Below are positions 49,604-59,331 of a stretch of DNA of 64,000 bases, piece by piece. The stretch spans positions 109,558 to 173,557 of the forward strand of contig CAWFMP010000002.1 of assembly GCA_963816965.1 (NCBI GenBank), read 5' to 3'. Position 1 is the first letter of the stretch, and every line of letters begins with the position of its first letter. The translations under genes and the position numbers were made by a program. The notes beneath the pieces are model-generated. The model made no database searches. It was not told where the DNA came from and saw only the letters and a list, made by a program, of their open reading frames with translations. Origin of the DNA: an uncultured delta proteobacterium (lineage in GTDB: Bacteria; Myxococcota_A; Polyangia; Palsa-1104).

Positions 49604-51172
49604 GTACCTCCCGGACAGGAGCTGTCGATGGGGAAGGACATCGCGGTAGCCAGTCGCGAGGACGCGAGCAATCGCGACGCGCGAACGGTGATACGGAGAT
49701 CGAACTGGCGCGAGGCGCGACGAACTCGCGCGCGTCGCAGCGGTCGAGCGGCCGAGGGGAAGGACGTCGCGGTGCTCTGCAGGGTGTTGAAGAACCCGCT
49801 CCGCGTCGCCGCGCTTGGTCTTTTCGCGAATCGCTTCGTTGCTCCTCGGTCAGTTCCCGACGGGGAGCTTCCCTCGTCGCGCCTCGCGCTTCGCGAAAAT
49901 CCACGGCGCACGGCTTGGTGCGGAGTTCTCTGCGACCGCTGCTGAGTCCCACGGAATCGATGATTTCTTGAAAAAGTCACTCGGCTGTCGCGCCCTCCGC
50001 GTTCGGACGACCGAAGCGCCGCATCTTGTCGAGCAATCTCGTAGCGGCCGTCTTGGTCGCACTTGAAGGGCTTCCCTCGGTCGTTGTGAGCGTCGACGTA
50101 GCGAGGATCGCACCGCGGAAGCGTCAGGGATGCTGGCGTGTGAGCCGCGCCGGAGAGCCCCTTCAGTGAGAAGGCCGAAGAAGCGCGTCGACGACCGATT
50201 GAGCCACGACGCGTAGGTCGGCGTGAAGTGGATGTGGAAGCGCGGGTGGCGAAGCAGCCAGCGCTTGACGATAGGAGACTTGTGAGCCGAAAGGTTGTCG
50301 ATGATGACGTGGATGTCGAGCTTCGGCGGAACGTTCTCGTCGATCTCTCGAAGGAAGGCGACGAAGTCGGTGCTGCGATGCTGGCGCTTGCAGCGAGCGA
50401 GTACCTTTCCCGTCGCCACGTTGAGCGCTGCGAATAGGTCGAGAGTTCCGTGGCGCACGTAGTTGTGGGTCCGCCGCTCGGGTCTGACCGAGGTCCATCG
50501 GCAGGATCGGTTGAGCCCGCTCGAGCGCCTGGATTTGCGACTTCTCGTCGACAGAAAACACGACCGCGTGGTCGGGCGGGTTCATGTACAGACCGACGAT
50601 GTCGCGTACCTTCGCGACCAGTTGCGGGTCGGGCGACAGCTTGAACGAGAGGGTCCTGTGTGACGCTGGACCGACCGAACGTTCGCGGCCAGAATCCGAC
50701 CGACCATCGTGTGGCTCACAGCCGACCTGCGCAGCCATCTTACGGGTGCTCCAGTGCGCTCCGCTCCTCAGGATCGGGCTCGTTTCGAGCGTATTGACGA
50801 TGATCGCTTCGACATCCTCGTCGGAAATCTTCCGCGGCGCTCCCACACGCGGCTCGTCAAAGAGCCCGTCCAACCGGTGCTCGCACGAACCGCTTGCGCC
50901 ATTTGCGACACGGTCTGGTTGGACGGTTCGATACCGGCGAGCAACATCGGTGCTGGTGCTCGCGCGTCGGCGCAAGCCAGGCGCACGGCTCGCGTCGAAA
51001 CACTGCCAGACTCCGGTTCACGCGCGCTCGCAGCGTCGAGGCGCACGAGTTCTTCTTGCTCCTCGGCGGAGAGAATCAGCGGCACCTTCGGGCGTCCGGT
51101 TGCGCTTCATCACTCCGTTAGATCACGGGCCCTCAGCTCGTTTTTGAACTTATTTGTTTTGACCAGGTGGAC
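49604..51172 (-). mobile_element. Decayed IS630-family insertion sequence flanked by TA
   Basis: The ends GTACCTCCCGGACA / (rc) GTCCACCTGGTCA are imperfect inverted repeats. TA lies at 49602-49603 and 51173-51174. The element contains the frameshifted IS630-type transposase. The left boundary is less certain. Confidence 0.5.
49977..51110 (-). pseudogene. IS630-family DDE transposase, multiple frameshifts
   Basis: Fragments spread over three frames: PLILSAEEQEELVRL; GLFDEPRVGAPRKISDEDVEAIIVNTLE; FKLSPDPQLVAKVRDIVGLYMNPPDHAVVFSVDEKSQIQAL; RHGTLDLFAALNVATGKV..IHVIIDNLSAHK..HFTPTYASWLN; KPFK..LLDKMRRFG. Confidence 0.8.
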
Positions 51173-51750
51173 TAGGGGTTGAGCAGGCGCATCGTCCACG
51201 GCGCCGCCGGCGTGGCGCGCCTGTACTCCTCGCGCTCGTGCAGACGGTCCTCGCGGTTCTTCCAGAATTCGATCGTCATGGGCGTGAGGCGATAGCCGGA
51301 CCAGTGCGGCGGGCGCGGCACCGGCTGGTTCGTCCAGCGCGCCGTCAGCGACGCCAAACGTGCTTCCAGCTCGGCGCGCGAGGCCAGCGTCTCCGACTGC
51401 TCGGACGCCCAGGCGCCCAGCTGCGAGCCGCGGGCGCGGGTGGCGAAGTAGGCGTCGGCCTCGGCGTCGCTCACCGGCGTGACCGCGCCTTCGACGCGCA
51501 CCTGCCAGCCGAGGTGCGGCCACCACAGCGTCAGCGCCGCGCGCGGATCGGCGGCGAGCTCGCGCCCCTTGCGCGAGCGCGTGTTGGTGTAGAAGACCAG
51601 GCCGCCGCCGTCTACACCCTTGAGCAGCACCACGCGCGCCGAGGGCCGGCCATCGGCGCCGACGGTCGACAGCGTCATGGCGGAAGGATCGTGGCAGGGC
51701 CCTAGGCGCGCCTGGGCGAAGAGGTCGGCGAACCGCTCGATGGGGTCCAT
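51172..51750 (-). CDS. pdxH: Pyridoxamine 5'-phosphate oxidase
   Basis: ARVVLLKGVDGGGLVFYTNTRSRKG..QVRVEG..EADAYFATRARGSQLGAWAS.QS...RPPHWSGYRL.P..IEFW.....RLH.R is the classic PdxH pattern. Confidence 0.9.
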   Translation of the reverse strand: MDPIERFADLFAQARLGPCHDPSAMTLSTVGADGRPSARVVLLKGVDGGGLVFYTNTRSRKGRELAADPRAALTLWWPHLGWQVRVEGAVTPVSDAEADAYFATRARGSQLGAWASEQSETLASRAELEARLASLTARWTNQPVPRPPHWSGYRLTPMTIEFWKNREDRLHEREEYRRATPAAPWTMRLLNP

Positions 51751-54083
51751 GGGCTACGCCACGACGTAGCACGTTTGCGCGCCGCGAGCAGCCCGAGCGC
51801 CAGCCACAGCGCGGAGGCGGAGCCGGCACCGCCGCCGCCGATGGCGCAGCCGGCCCGTGTCATCCCCGGCGCCGTCGCCGGATCGCCGCCACCACCGGCG
51901 CTGCCACCGCTGCCACCGCCACCGCTACCGCCGCTGCCGCCGGCCGCGTCGGCGGAAAAGAACTGCCAGGCCAGCTCGCTGGCGTTCGGTCCCTGGGGGT
52001 CGGTGTACGACGCCGTGGCGGCGCCGCCCGACCAGGCGTGGCCCATGCCGTCGACGGTCACCTTTTGCACCCAATCGCCCCAGCGCGTCGTCGTGTAGCT
52101 GCGCCCGCCGGGGACGGTGGCCATCTGGGTCGCGTCGGGCATCGCTGGGACGGCGGCGCCGAGCATCGCGTCGGTGTCGCGCCACTGCTCCGCCACCTGA
52201 TCGCCGTTGACCGGCGCCACGACCGCGTCGGAGCTGCCGTGAAAGACGAGCACGCGCACCGCTCGCGCGCCGCCCGCCATGGCCGTCGCCGCCAGCTTGC
52301 CCTGCTGCGACGGATCGGGGCCGCCGTCGAGCTGCGCGGTCGACGCCGCGGCCAGGCTGGTCGCCGCGGCGTACTCGAGCCCGGACGAGACGACGATGGC
52401 CGAGAAGCGATCGGGATAGGTGGCGCCGAGGACCACGCTCATCGCCGCGCCGGCGGAGAGGCCGGCGGCGTAGGTGCGCGCGCCGTCGACGGCGTAGCTG
52501 GCCCCGACGTGATCGACGAGCGCGACCAGCGCGGCCGGCTCGCCGGCGCCGCGCGCCTGGTCGGCGGGATCGAACCACTGCCAGCACTTGAGCGACTGCG
52601 CCGTCGACGGCTCGTCGGGATAGAGGGCGAGAAAGCCGTGCGCCTCGGCGACGGCATTCATGTTGGTGCCGGCGGCGAATTGATCGGGATCCTGCGTACA
52701 GCCGTGCAGCATGAGCACGAGCGGCAGCGGCTGGCCCGTGTACGACGAGGGCACGTAGAGCTTGTAGTCGCGGCCGCCGAAGCTGTCGGCGATGAACTGC
52801 CCGGCGGCGAAGGCGCGCGGTCCGATCATGAGGAGCGCCAGCACCGCGACGCCGCGGCGACGGCGCAGCGCCAGCGCCAGGAGCACGAGCGCAATCGGCA
52901 GCGCGCTGCCGGCGTCACCGACGGCGGAGCAGCCGCCGCAGGTGACCTTGGGTCCGCCCATGTCGGCGCCGGGCGTGGTCCAGTTGCCGCCGCCGCCGCC
53001 GCCCCATCCGCCGCTGCCGCCGTTGCCGCCGGTACTACCGCCGTCGGCACCGCCGCCGCCCGCGCCGCCGCCGCCGCCGGCTCCGCCGTCCGGGGTGACC
53101 GCCGCTCCGGTGAGTCCCCAGTCGGCGGCCAGGATCGCGGCGCTGCACACGCCGACGTCGAGGATGTAGGGCGCGGCCGTGCCGCAGCCGTTCTTCGGAT
53201 CGATCGGCACGCCATGGTCCATGTTGGCGACCTTGAGCACCTCGACGACCGGCGCGCCCGTCATGTCGGCGTAGACGTCGCGCGCCACGCCCGGCGCCAC
53301 CGTGTCGCTCGACGTCGGCGTCTGCGCGATGCCGTGCACGTCGGTCCACTGCTTCATCAGCTCGGTCTGGTTGTTCGGATTGACCACGCTGTCCTTGGTC
53401 CCCTGCCAGATGGCGATGCGCGGCCAAGGGCCGGTGTAGCTGGGGAAATCATTGCGCACCAGATCGCCCCATTCCTTGGGCGTGTGCGTGATTCCGGGAT
53501 TCAAGCAGGTGGTGACCATGTTCTTGTTGATGGTGCAGTAATAAGGAATTCCGGCGAAGGTGGCGCCGCCGGCGAAGACGTCGGGCCAGGTCGCCAGCAT
53601 CAGCGCCGTCTGCGCCGCGCCACCCGACAGGCCGGTGATGAACACGCGCTTGCCGTCGACGGAGTAGTCGGCCTTCATCTTGTCGACCATCTGCTTGATC
53701 GATTGGTTCTCGCCCATGCCGCGGGTCAGGTTGGCCGGGTCGTTGTCCCCCGTGATGGGATTGGTATTGTTTCCGGCCCAATTGAAACAGGTGAGCGCGT
53801 TATTCGTGGTCGTCTGCTCGGGATATACGACATAGAACTTGTATTGATCGGCGAGCGTATTCCAACCGGCTTTCACGTAGTCGGCCGCCTGCTGGCTGCA
53901 CGCGTGCAGCGCCAGCACCAGCGGCGCGTTCTGCGGCATCCCCGACGGCACGTACTTCCACATGCGCAAGCCGCCGGGGTTCGATCCGAAGTCGCTGACC
54001 TGGGTCAGCGCCTGCGCCTGCGCCAGGGACGGCGCCGAGGCGAAGGCCAGCACTGCGACGAGCAGGAGCGTGGGCTTTTTCAT
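51702..54083 (-). CDS. Two PHB-depolymerase-family esterase modules, each followed by a Gly-rich linker and a MYXO-CTERM-like tag, in one uninterrupted frame
   Basis: GAAGGAGA SD, then ATG 54083 and a signal peptide. Module 1: FGSNPGGLRMWKYVP..LVLALHAC..GLSGGAA, ending CGGCSAVGDAGSALPIALVLLALALRRRR. Module 2: YKLYVP..LVLMLHGC..GLSAGAAM, ending AGCAIGGGGAGSASALWLALGLLAARKR. There is no stop codon between them. Confidence 0.75.
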   Translation of the reverse strand: MKKPTLLLVAVLAFASAPSLAQAQALTQVSDFGSNPGGLRMWKYVPSGMPQNAPLVLALHACSQQAADYVKAGWNTLADQYKFYVVYPEQTTTNNALTCFNWAGNNTNPITGDNDPANLTRGMGENQSIKQMVDKMKADYSVDGKRVFITGLSGGAAQTALMLATWPDVFAGGATFAGIPYYCTINKNMVTTCLNPGITHTPKEWGDLVRNDFPSYTGPWPRIAIWQGTKDSVVNPNNQTELMKQWTDVHGIAQTPTSSDTVAPGVARDVYADMTGAPVVEVLKVANMDHGVPIDPKNGCGTAAPYILDVGVCSAAILAADWGLTGAAVTPDGGAGGGGGAGGGGADGGSTGGNGGSGGWGGGGGGNWTTPGADMGGPKVTCGGCSAVGDAGSALPIALVLLALALRRRRGVAVLALLMIGPRAFAAGQFIADSFGGRDYKLYVPSSYTGQPLPLVLMLHGCTQDPDQFAAGTNMNAVAEAHGFLALYPDEPSTAQSLKCWQWFDPADQARGAGEPAALVALVDHVGASYAVDGARTYAAGLSAGAAMSVVLGATYPDRFSAIVVSSGLEYAAATSLAAASTAQLDGGPDPSQQGKLAATAMAGGARAVRVLVFHGSSDAVVAPVNGDQVAEQWRDTDAMLGAAVPAMPDATQMATVPGGRSYTTTRWGDWVQKVTVDGMGHAWSGGAATASYTDPQGPNASELAWQFFSADAAGGSGGSGGGGSGGSAGGGGDPATAPGMTRAGCAIGGGGAGSASALWLALGLLAARKRATSWRSPWTPSSGSPTSSPRRA

Positions 54084-55027
54084 GGGGTCTCCTTCAAGAA
54101 CTCGAGCAGCGCCGCGTCGAACTGGACGGGCCGCTCGAACTGGACCATGTGGCCGGCGCGCGGAATCATCACCAACCGCCCACGCGGCAGGCGCCGCGTC
54201 CCCCCTTCGGCGACAGCCCGCGTGGTGCCGCCGTGCAGAATCGGATTCGGAATCAGTCCGTCGTCTTCGCCGAACACGACCAGCGTCGGCACCTTGATCT
54301 GTCCCAGGCGATCGAGCACCGGCTCGTGCACCATGGCGTAGACCGAGCGCGCGACCGCGTAGGTGTAGGCGTCGAAGTCGGGCCCGCCGATGACGCGCAG
54401 CCGATCGTCGACCATGAAGCGCGCCTCCTTGGGCATCGAATAGAAGTTGTTGGCGACGTTGGCGTAGACCGCCTCGGCCGGCGTGCGCGCGACATAGTCC
54501 TTGTTGACCGCCTCGGCCAGCCAGGCGCCTTCGCCGGCGCCGAAGCGCTCGAAGCCGGCCGGCGACACCAGGACCAGCGCCTCGGCCCGGCCCGGGTAGC
54601 GCAGCGCGTGGGTGAGCGCGATCTGCCCGCCCATCGAGTGGCCGACGAGCACCACGCGCCCAAGGCCGAGCGCGTCGATCACGCCCTCGACGGTGCGGGC
54701 GTAGAAGGCCATCGAGTAGTCGTAGTTGGCCTTGGACGACTTGCCGTAGCCGGGCAGGTCGATAGCGACGACGCGATGGTGCTCGGCCAGCGCGTCGAGG
54801 TTGCGCTGCCACACCGGCATGTAGCTGCCGAGGCCGTGGATGAGCAGGAGCGCCGGCTCACCGACGCCGACGTCGGTGAAGGCGACCTGCACTCCGTCGA
54901 CGGCGAGGTGCGACACCGGCATCGGGTAGGGCAGCTTCTTGAACGAGATCGGCTGCGGAATCGTGCAGGCGCACCACGTCGTGATGCAGGCGCACAACAA
55001 CGCGCGGATGAAATTGTGCGTGCGCAT
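54080..55027 (-). CDS. Alpha/beta-fold hydrolase (probable lipoprotein)
   Basis: LLLIHGLGS...DLPGYGKS...VGHSMGG nucleophile elbow. ATG 55027 overlaps the upstream stop (ATGA), and the stop overlaps the esterase ATG. Confidence 0.8.
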   Translation of the reverse strand: MRTHNFIRALLCACITTWCACTIPQPISFKKLPYPMPVSHLAVDGVQVAFTDVGVGEPALLLIHGLGSYMPVWQRNLDALAEHHRVVAIDLPGYGKSSKANYDYSMAFYARTVEGVIDALGLGRVVLVGHSMGGQIALTHALRYPGRAEALVLVSPAGFERFGAGEGAWLAEAVNKDYVARTPAEAVYANVANNFYSMPKEARFMVDDRLRVIGGPDFDAYTYAVARSVYAMVHEPVLDRLGQIKVPTLVVFGEDDGLIPNPILHGGTTRAVAEGGTRRLPRGRLVMIPRAGHMVQFERPVQFDAALLEFLKETP

Positions 55028-56666
55028 CAGAACATCAACCATTTGATTGCGAGGAACGTGGTCCAGGGATCGCGCGGGCGGCCGGCGCTGGTGCCGGCGG
55101 CGGCGGGCGCCGAGGTCAGCGACGCCGCCTGCTCGCGCGGGCTGTCGTAGAAGTCGCCCAGGTGCAGGTAGGCCGCATGCAGCTCGACCGAAAGAAAGAC
55201 GCGAATGCGATAGGCGAGCATGGCATTGCCTTCCACGCCGATGAAGTGTCCGCCGCCCGACGGCGCGATGTTGCTGGAGCCGACGGCGGCGCCGACCTTC
55301 GCGGTCAGCACGTTGCGATAGAGGTCGTAGCTGGCGTTGACGGTGCTGGCGGTCAGCCCGTAGCCCTGGTTCGACAGGTCGGGCACCGCCGAGTAGTAGC
55401 GATTGACGACGTTGGAGTGCGGCATCAACAGGTACGCGCCCGAGGTGGTGAAGACCCCGCCCGGCGCGCCGTAGGTGTTGCCGGTGATGACGCCCGAGTA
55501 GCGGCCGTCGCTGATGCCGTTGCCGTCGCCGGTCGAGTAGATGATCTCGGCGGTGACGGTGTCGTTGCGCGTGTTGCCGTAGCGGAAGCCGACGCGCGCG
55601 TCGAGCGCCAGGCCGAGCACGTCGGCGACCTTGGCGAAGCTGCCGTCCATCTGCTGCACGGCGACCTGCCCCAGGCTGGCGACGGCGAAGGCGCTGCCGC
55701 CGAAGCGGCCGGCGGTGAACTCTGGGTTGTACGAGCTGTCGAGCCCGACCCAGGCCAGGTTGGCGTGATACTTCTGCCCGTTGAGCGGGAAGCGGAAGAC
55801 GCCGTTGTAGTCGGCCAGCGTCGAGTCGGGGCCCTGTCCGAGGACGCTGACGCCGCCGGCGCCCGACGAGGTGTCGCGCAGGTAGCGCACGCTGGCGCCG
55901 ACGTGCCAGCCGTCGCGGATGTCGCGATCGGTCAGCGCCTCGAAGAGCAGGACGTGATCATCCTCCTGCACCTTGTTGTGGTAGAGGTCGTACGCGCCGA
56001 AGCGGAAGAGCTGCCCGAAGGCGGCGCCGTGGGCGCTGATGCCGACCGCGTCGGTGCCCCAGAACGCGAGCCGCTCGCCCGAGAGCGACATCGTGGAGAA
56101 GAAGGTGCGGTAGGGATCGCGGATGTTGTCCCACAGGCGCTGCAGGCCGATGTTCACGTGCCAGCGACGCGGCAGATCGATCTCGATCTCGACGTTCTGC
56201 GTCTCGAGGTTGACCGAGCGCCCCGACAGCGCGCCGCCGAAGTTGCCGCCGGTCGAGTACGAGGTGTCGCCCCAGGTCCAGTTGAGCTCGAAGCTGGCGC
56301 GCAGCCGCGCCATCCGGTCGAGGATCTTCGGCTCGAAGACGATGAACGGGATCAGCCGCTGCTCTACGAGCCAGCTGGTGCCCTGCGACGTCGTCGTCGT
56401 GTTGGGCCCGAAGAGGCGGCCGACGACGCGGCCCTGCAAGAGATCGTTCGTCGGCGACACGTTGGTCACCTCGCCGCGCGCGATGAAGTAGGCGAGGAAG
56501 CGCAGCTGGCTGTCGTCGCCGTTGGGCAGCTGCTCGGGCGTGGTGCGCGCGAGCGAGTCGCGATCGGGATCGAGGTCGGCCGCGCGCGCCGCCGTCGACG
56601 GAGCGCGAGCGCCAAGCAGCGCGGCGACGGCGAGCGCCGCGCAGTATGGAGCTGCAGGCGACGCAT
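55027..56666 (-). CDS. Outer-membrane beta-barrel (porin-like) protein, frame break near the start
   Basis: ATG 56666 (MRRLQL) needs a 1-nt correction near 56650 to join ..PYCAALAVAALLGARAPSTAARA (signal peptide). The protein is a long alternating-strand type ending in FLAIKWLMF, a C-terminal Phe typical of OMPs. Confidence 0.6.
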
Positions 56667-57198
56667 CTACTGCCGCGAGTACTTCTGGATCAGCGTCGAG
56701 ATCTGCGAGCCGTTGTAGACGGTCGAGCCGAAGCCTTTGTCGGGCTCGGGCGGCGTCAAGGCCGTTGGTCGGCTGCGTCTGCACCACCTCGTACTGCATG
56801 CGCGCCGGCGTCTGCGTGGTGTCGATCTGGTACATGCCCTCGGCCTGCGCCGTCGACGGCGTGACCTCCGCGAGCAGCGGATCTGGACGATGTTGCCGAC
56901 ACTCGACGTCCATGGTCTGGTAGGTGCCGGCGTAGTCGATCTCCTTGTTCGACGTGTCGAAGCTGACGACCGTGTAGGTGCCGTCGTTGTTGAAGGTCGC
57001 GGTGATCTTGGTGTTGTTGAACGGCGCGCCGGCGAGCAGCGGCGCGACGTCGGCGCCTGGCGAGACCCAGGTGCCGATGAGCGGCGCCTGCTGCGTGCCG
57101 CCGCCGCCGGTGGGGTCGACGGCGGTGCCGCAGCCGGCGAGCATCATGCCGGCGCAGGCGGCGGCGAGCGTGAGCGAGAGCAAGAGCGTGGTTCGCAT
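56667..57198 (-). CDS. Lipocalin-like lipoprotein, frame break near 56760
   Basis: GAGGAG SD, then ATG 57198. Lipobox GMMLAGC. GTWVS...TATFNNDGTYTVV is lipocalin-like. Skipping one base after ..QPTNG gives LTPPEPDKGFGSTVYNGSQISTLIQKYSRQ with a stop at 56667-56669. Confidence 0.55.
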
Positions 57199-57292
57199 GA
57201 CCGTCTCCTCGACGAGGTTTCGCCGGCGCTTCAGCACGCGGCGTGCCGAAGCGGCGCGACATCGACGGGACGGGCGCTTGCGCGCGCGGCAG

Positions 57293-57312
57293 CTGTATCG
57301 CGCGCGATACAG
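57293..57312. promoter_or_regulatory. Perfect 20-bp palindrome CTGTATCGCGCGCGATACAG
   Basis: Read directly. It lies in the 141-bp gap between the BNR gene stop (57340) and the lipocalin-operon start (57198). It could be an operator or a terminator stem. Confidence 0.3.
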
Positions 57313-57339
57313 GTGTCGCGGCGCTGTTGCGCTGCGCGG

Positions 57340-58607
57340 TTACGGGCGGTGCAGGATCGTCTGGCCGGCGCCGCCGGCGAAGACGTCGGCGGTCGACGGC
57401 GCGAAGATCGCCTGCAGCACGTCGCCGGCCGGGATCGTCGATGGCGAGGCCGGTCGACTCGACGACCCACGCGGCGCGTCGCGGCGCACGATGGTCCACG
57501 CGTTGCCGACCGCCCACACCGGCCCGCCGGGCCGCCCGCCGATGGCGCGCAGGTTCACGTCGGCGGGCACGCCGTCGGCGGCGACGGTCCAGGTGCCGCC
57601 GCCGTCGGAGTGGAGGACGACGCCGTCGCCGACGACCCAGACGTCGGTGGCGCTGGTGCCGAAGATGGCGCGCAGCTCGTTGGGCGTGCCGCTCGATTCG
57701 GCCGTCCACGTGCCGTTGCCGGTCGACGCCAAGATGGTGCCGCCGGAGCCGACGGCCCAGATGTGCCCGGCGCACGCCCCAGACGCCGCGCAGCTCGGTG
57801 GTGCCGACGACGGTCTGCGTGACCCAGCCGCCGCCGCGCCGAGTGCATGATGGTGTTGCCGCCGCCGGCGATGTAGAGGTCCATCGGCGCGACCGCGCAG
57901 ACGGCGAGCAGGCGCGTGCCGGCGGGCGCCGGGTTGGTCTGCGGGCGCTCCAGGTGGTGCCGCTGCCGTGGAGGATGGTGGCGTTGTCGCCGACGAGAAA
58001 GACGTCGCTCGACGAGGTGCCGGCGACGGCGTTCAGGATCGACGACGTGCCGCCGGCGAGCTGCGGCGACCAGCTGGCGCCGTGGTCGCTCGAGTGGAAC
58101 AGGTTGGCGCCGGCGGTGGCGGTGCCGACGGCGTAGACGTCGGTGCCCGAGCTCGCCCACAGGCCGCGGATGGCGCCGGCCGACGGCGGCAGCGCGCCCT
58201 GTTGGTGCGTCCAGATCGCGCCGCCGTCGGCGAGATCGGGCGGGCCGCCGCCGTCGCCGCCGCCACCGCCGGCAGCGAGCGTGATCATCGCCTGCGCGAG
58301 GTGGTGCGCGGTGACGGCGATCGGCGCCGACACGCCGTGGCCGACGGGCTGGCCGCCGGCGAAGGCGGTGACGTCGAAGGTGACGCGTGGTCGATTCGTC
58401 GGGGAGCTGCGCGATGACGTCGAGCGTGGTGGCCGACGCGACATCGACGGTGTGGGTGACGTCGCGGCCGTCGTAGCTGGCGACGATCTGCAGGCGATCG
58501 AGCGTCAGGCTCCCGGCGTCGATGAGCAGCTCGACGCCGGTGCCCGACTGCGTGCAGCCTCCCACGAGCGTCGCGGCGACCAGGATGGCGGCGGTCGAGG
58601 TGCGCAT
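57340..58607 (-). pseudogene. BNR/Asp-box (Ycf48-like) beta-propeller lipoprotein with at least 4 frame breaks
   Basis: Lipobox ILVAATLVGGC. The Asp-box SSDHGASWS and repeated G(T/S)..DV(Y/W/F).VG..(G)TIL motifs are distributed over three frames. Breaks fall near 58385, 57955, 57840 and 57775. Confidence 0.65.
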
Positions 58608-59307
58608 CAGCGGAAGTCGACCGTGCCCAGCGGGGCCGGCGGCAAGGTGTCACGGGCGGGCAGGCCGAAGACGACGCCGAGGGTCACCGCGGCCGCGACG
58701 ACGACGCAGCCGGCGATCACGACCGGGGCGATCCAGGTGCGCCGCCTGGTCGGCGGCGGGGAGGAGGGAGATTCGACGAGCGCCGGCGCGCTCACGGCCG
58801 GCGCCGGCGCGCTCACGGTCGGCGCCGGCGCGCTCACGGTCGGCGCCGGCAGCGCGCACCGGTCGGCGCCGGCACCGCGGACCTGGTCGGCGGCGGCGCC
58901 GGTGCGGGCGCCGCTCCTGCCGCGGGCGCCGCTGGCGCCGTCGCGTGCGTTCGCTCTTCGCCGATCTGTTGCAGCAGGCGCTCGGCCTGCGCCGAGAGGG
59001 CCGAAGGCGGCGCCGTCGCCAGGTAGCGCCGGCACTCGCGCTCCGCAGCGTCGTAGTCGCCGAGCTTGCGATAGACCTGCGCGAAGTTGATGAGGAACTC
59101 CGGCCGCGGCGAGAGCGCGTAACCGAGCTGGAACTCGTGCAGCGCCTCGCGCCAGCGCCCGCGCGCGTACTCGTCCTCGCCGGCGACGAAGTGGCTGCGC
59201 GCCAGCTCCTCCTGCGACGGCGCCGGCGGCGCCGCCTCGACACGACGATCGATCGTCGCCGCGCCGGCCGCGAACGTGAGCGCCACGAGGATGAGCCGCC
59301 CGGTCAT
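58607..59307 (-). CDS. TPR-like secreted protein with a Pro/Ala repeat and a C-terminal TM anchor, one frame break
   Basis: ATG 59307 and a signal peptide. ARSHFVAGEDEYARGRWREALHEFQLGY..FAQVYRKLGDYDAAERECRRYL is TPR-like. A break near 58860 joins to APTVSAP repeats and the TM helix IAPVVIAGCVVVAAAVTLGVVF. The stop overlaps the BNR ATG. Confidence 0.6.
58781..58850. repeat. 21-bp tandem repeat CGCCGGCGCGCTCACGG(C/T)CGG, 3 copies plus a partial copy
   Basis: Units at 58781, 58802 and 58823. They encode (APTVSAP)n on the minus strand. Confidence 0.85.
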
Positions 59308-59331
59308 TCGCCCCGTACTATACTCGACACG

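Noticed and set aside
49604-49976. Possible passenger gene or antitoxin-like ORF (..ELTEEQREAIREK..) in the long left arm of the IS630 element
   Set aside because: The helical-looking peptide is only obtained by hopping between frames. No single frame gives a coherent protein with a start and an SD. I treat it as decayed non-coding IS sequence.
54084-54812. N-terminal 243 codons of ORF 51702-54812, extending the esterase upstream
   Set aside because: This part is Arg/Gly/Ala-rich and fully overlaps the well-supported alpha/beta hydrolase gene in another frame. A strong SD plus signal peptide begins at ATG 54083.
58522-59331. N-terminal 270 codons of ORF 58522-60051, upstream of the kinase domain
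   Set aside because: The translation is extremely Arg-rich and overlaps the TPR gene on the opposite strand. The kinase subdomain I glycine loop begins right after ATG 59332.
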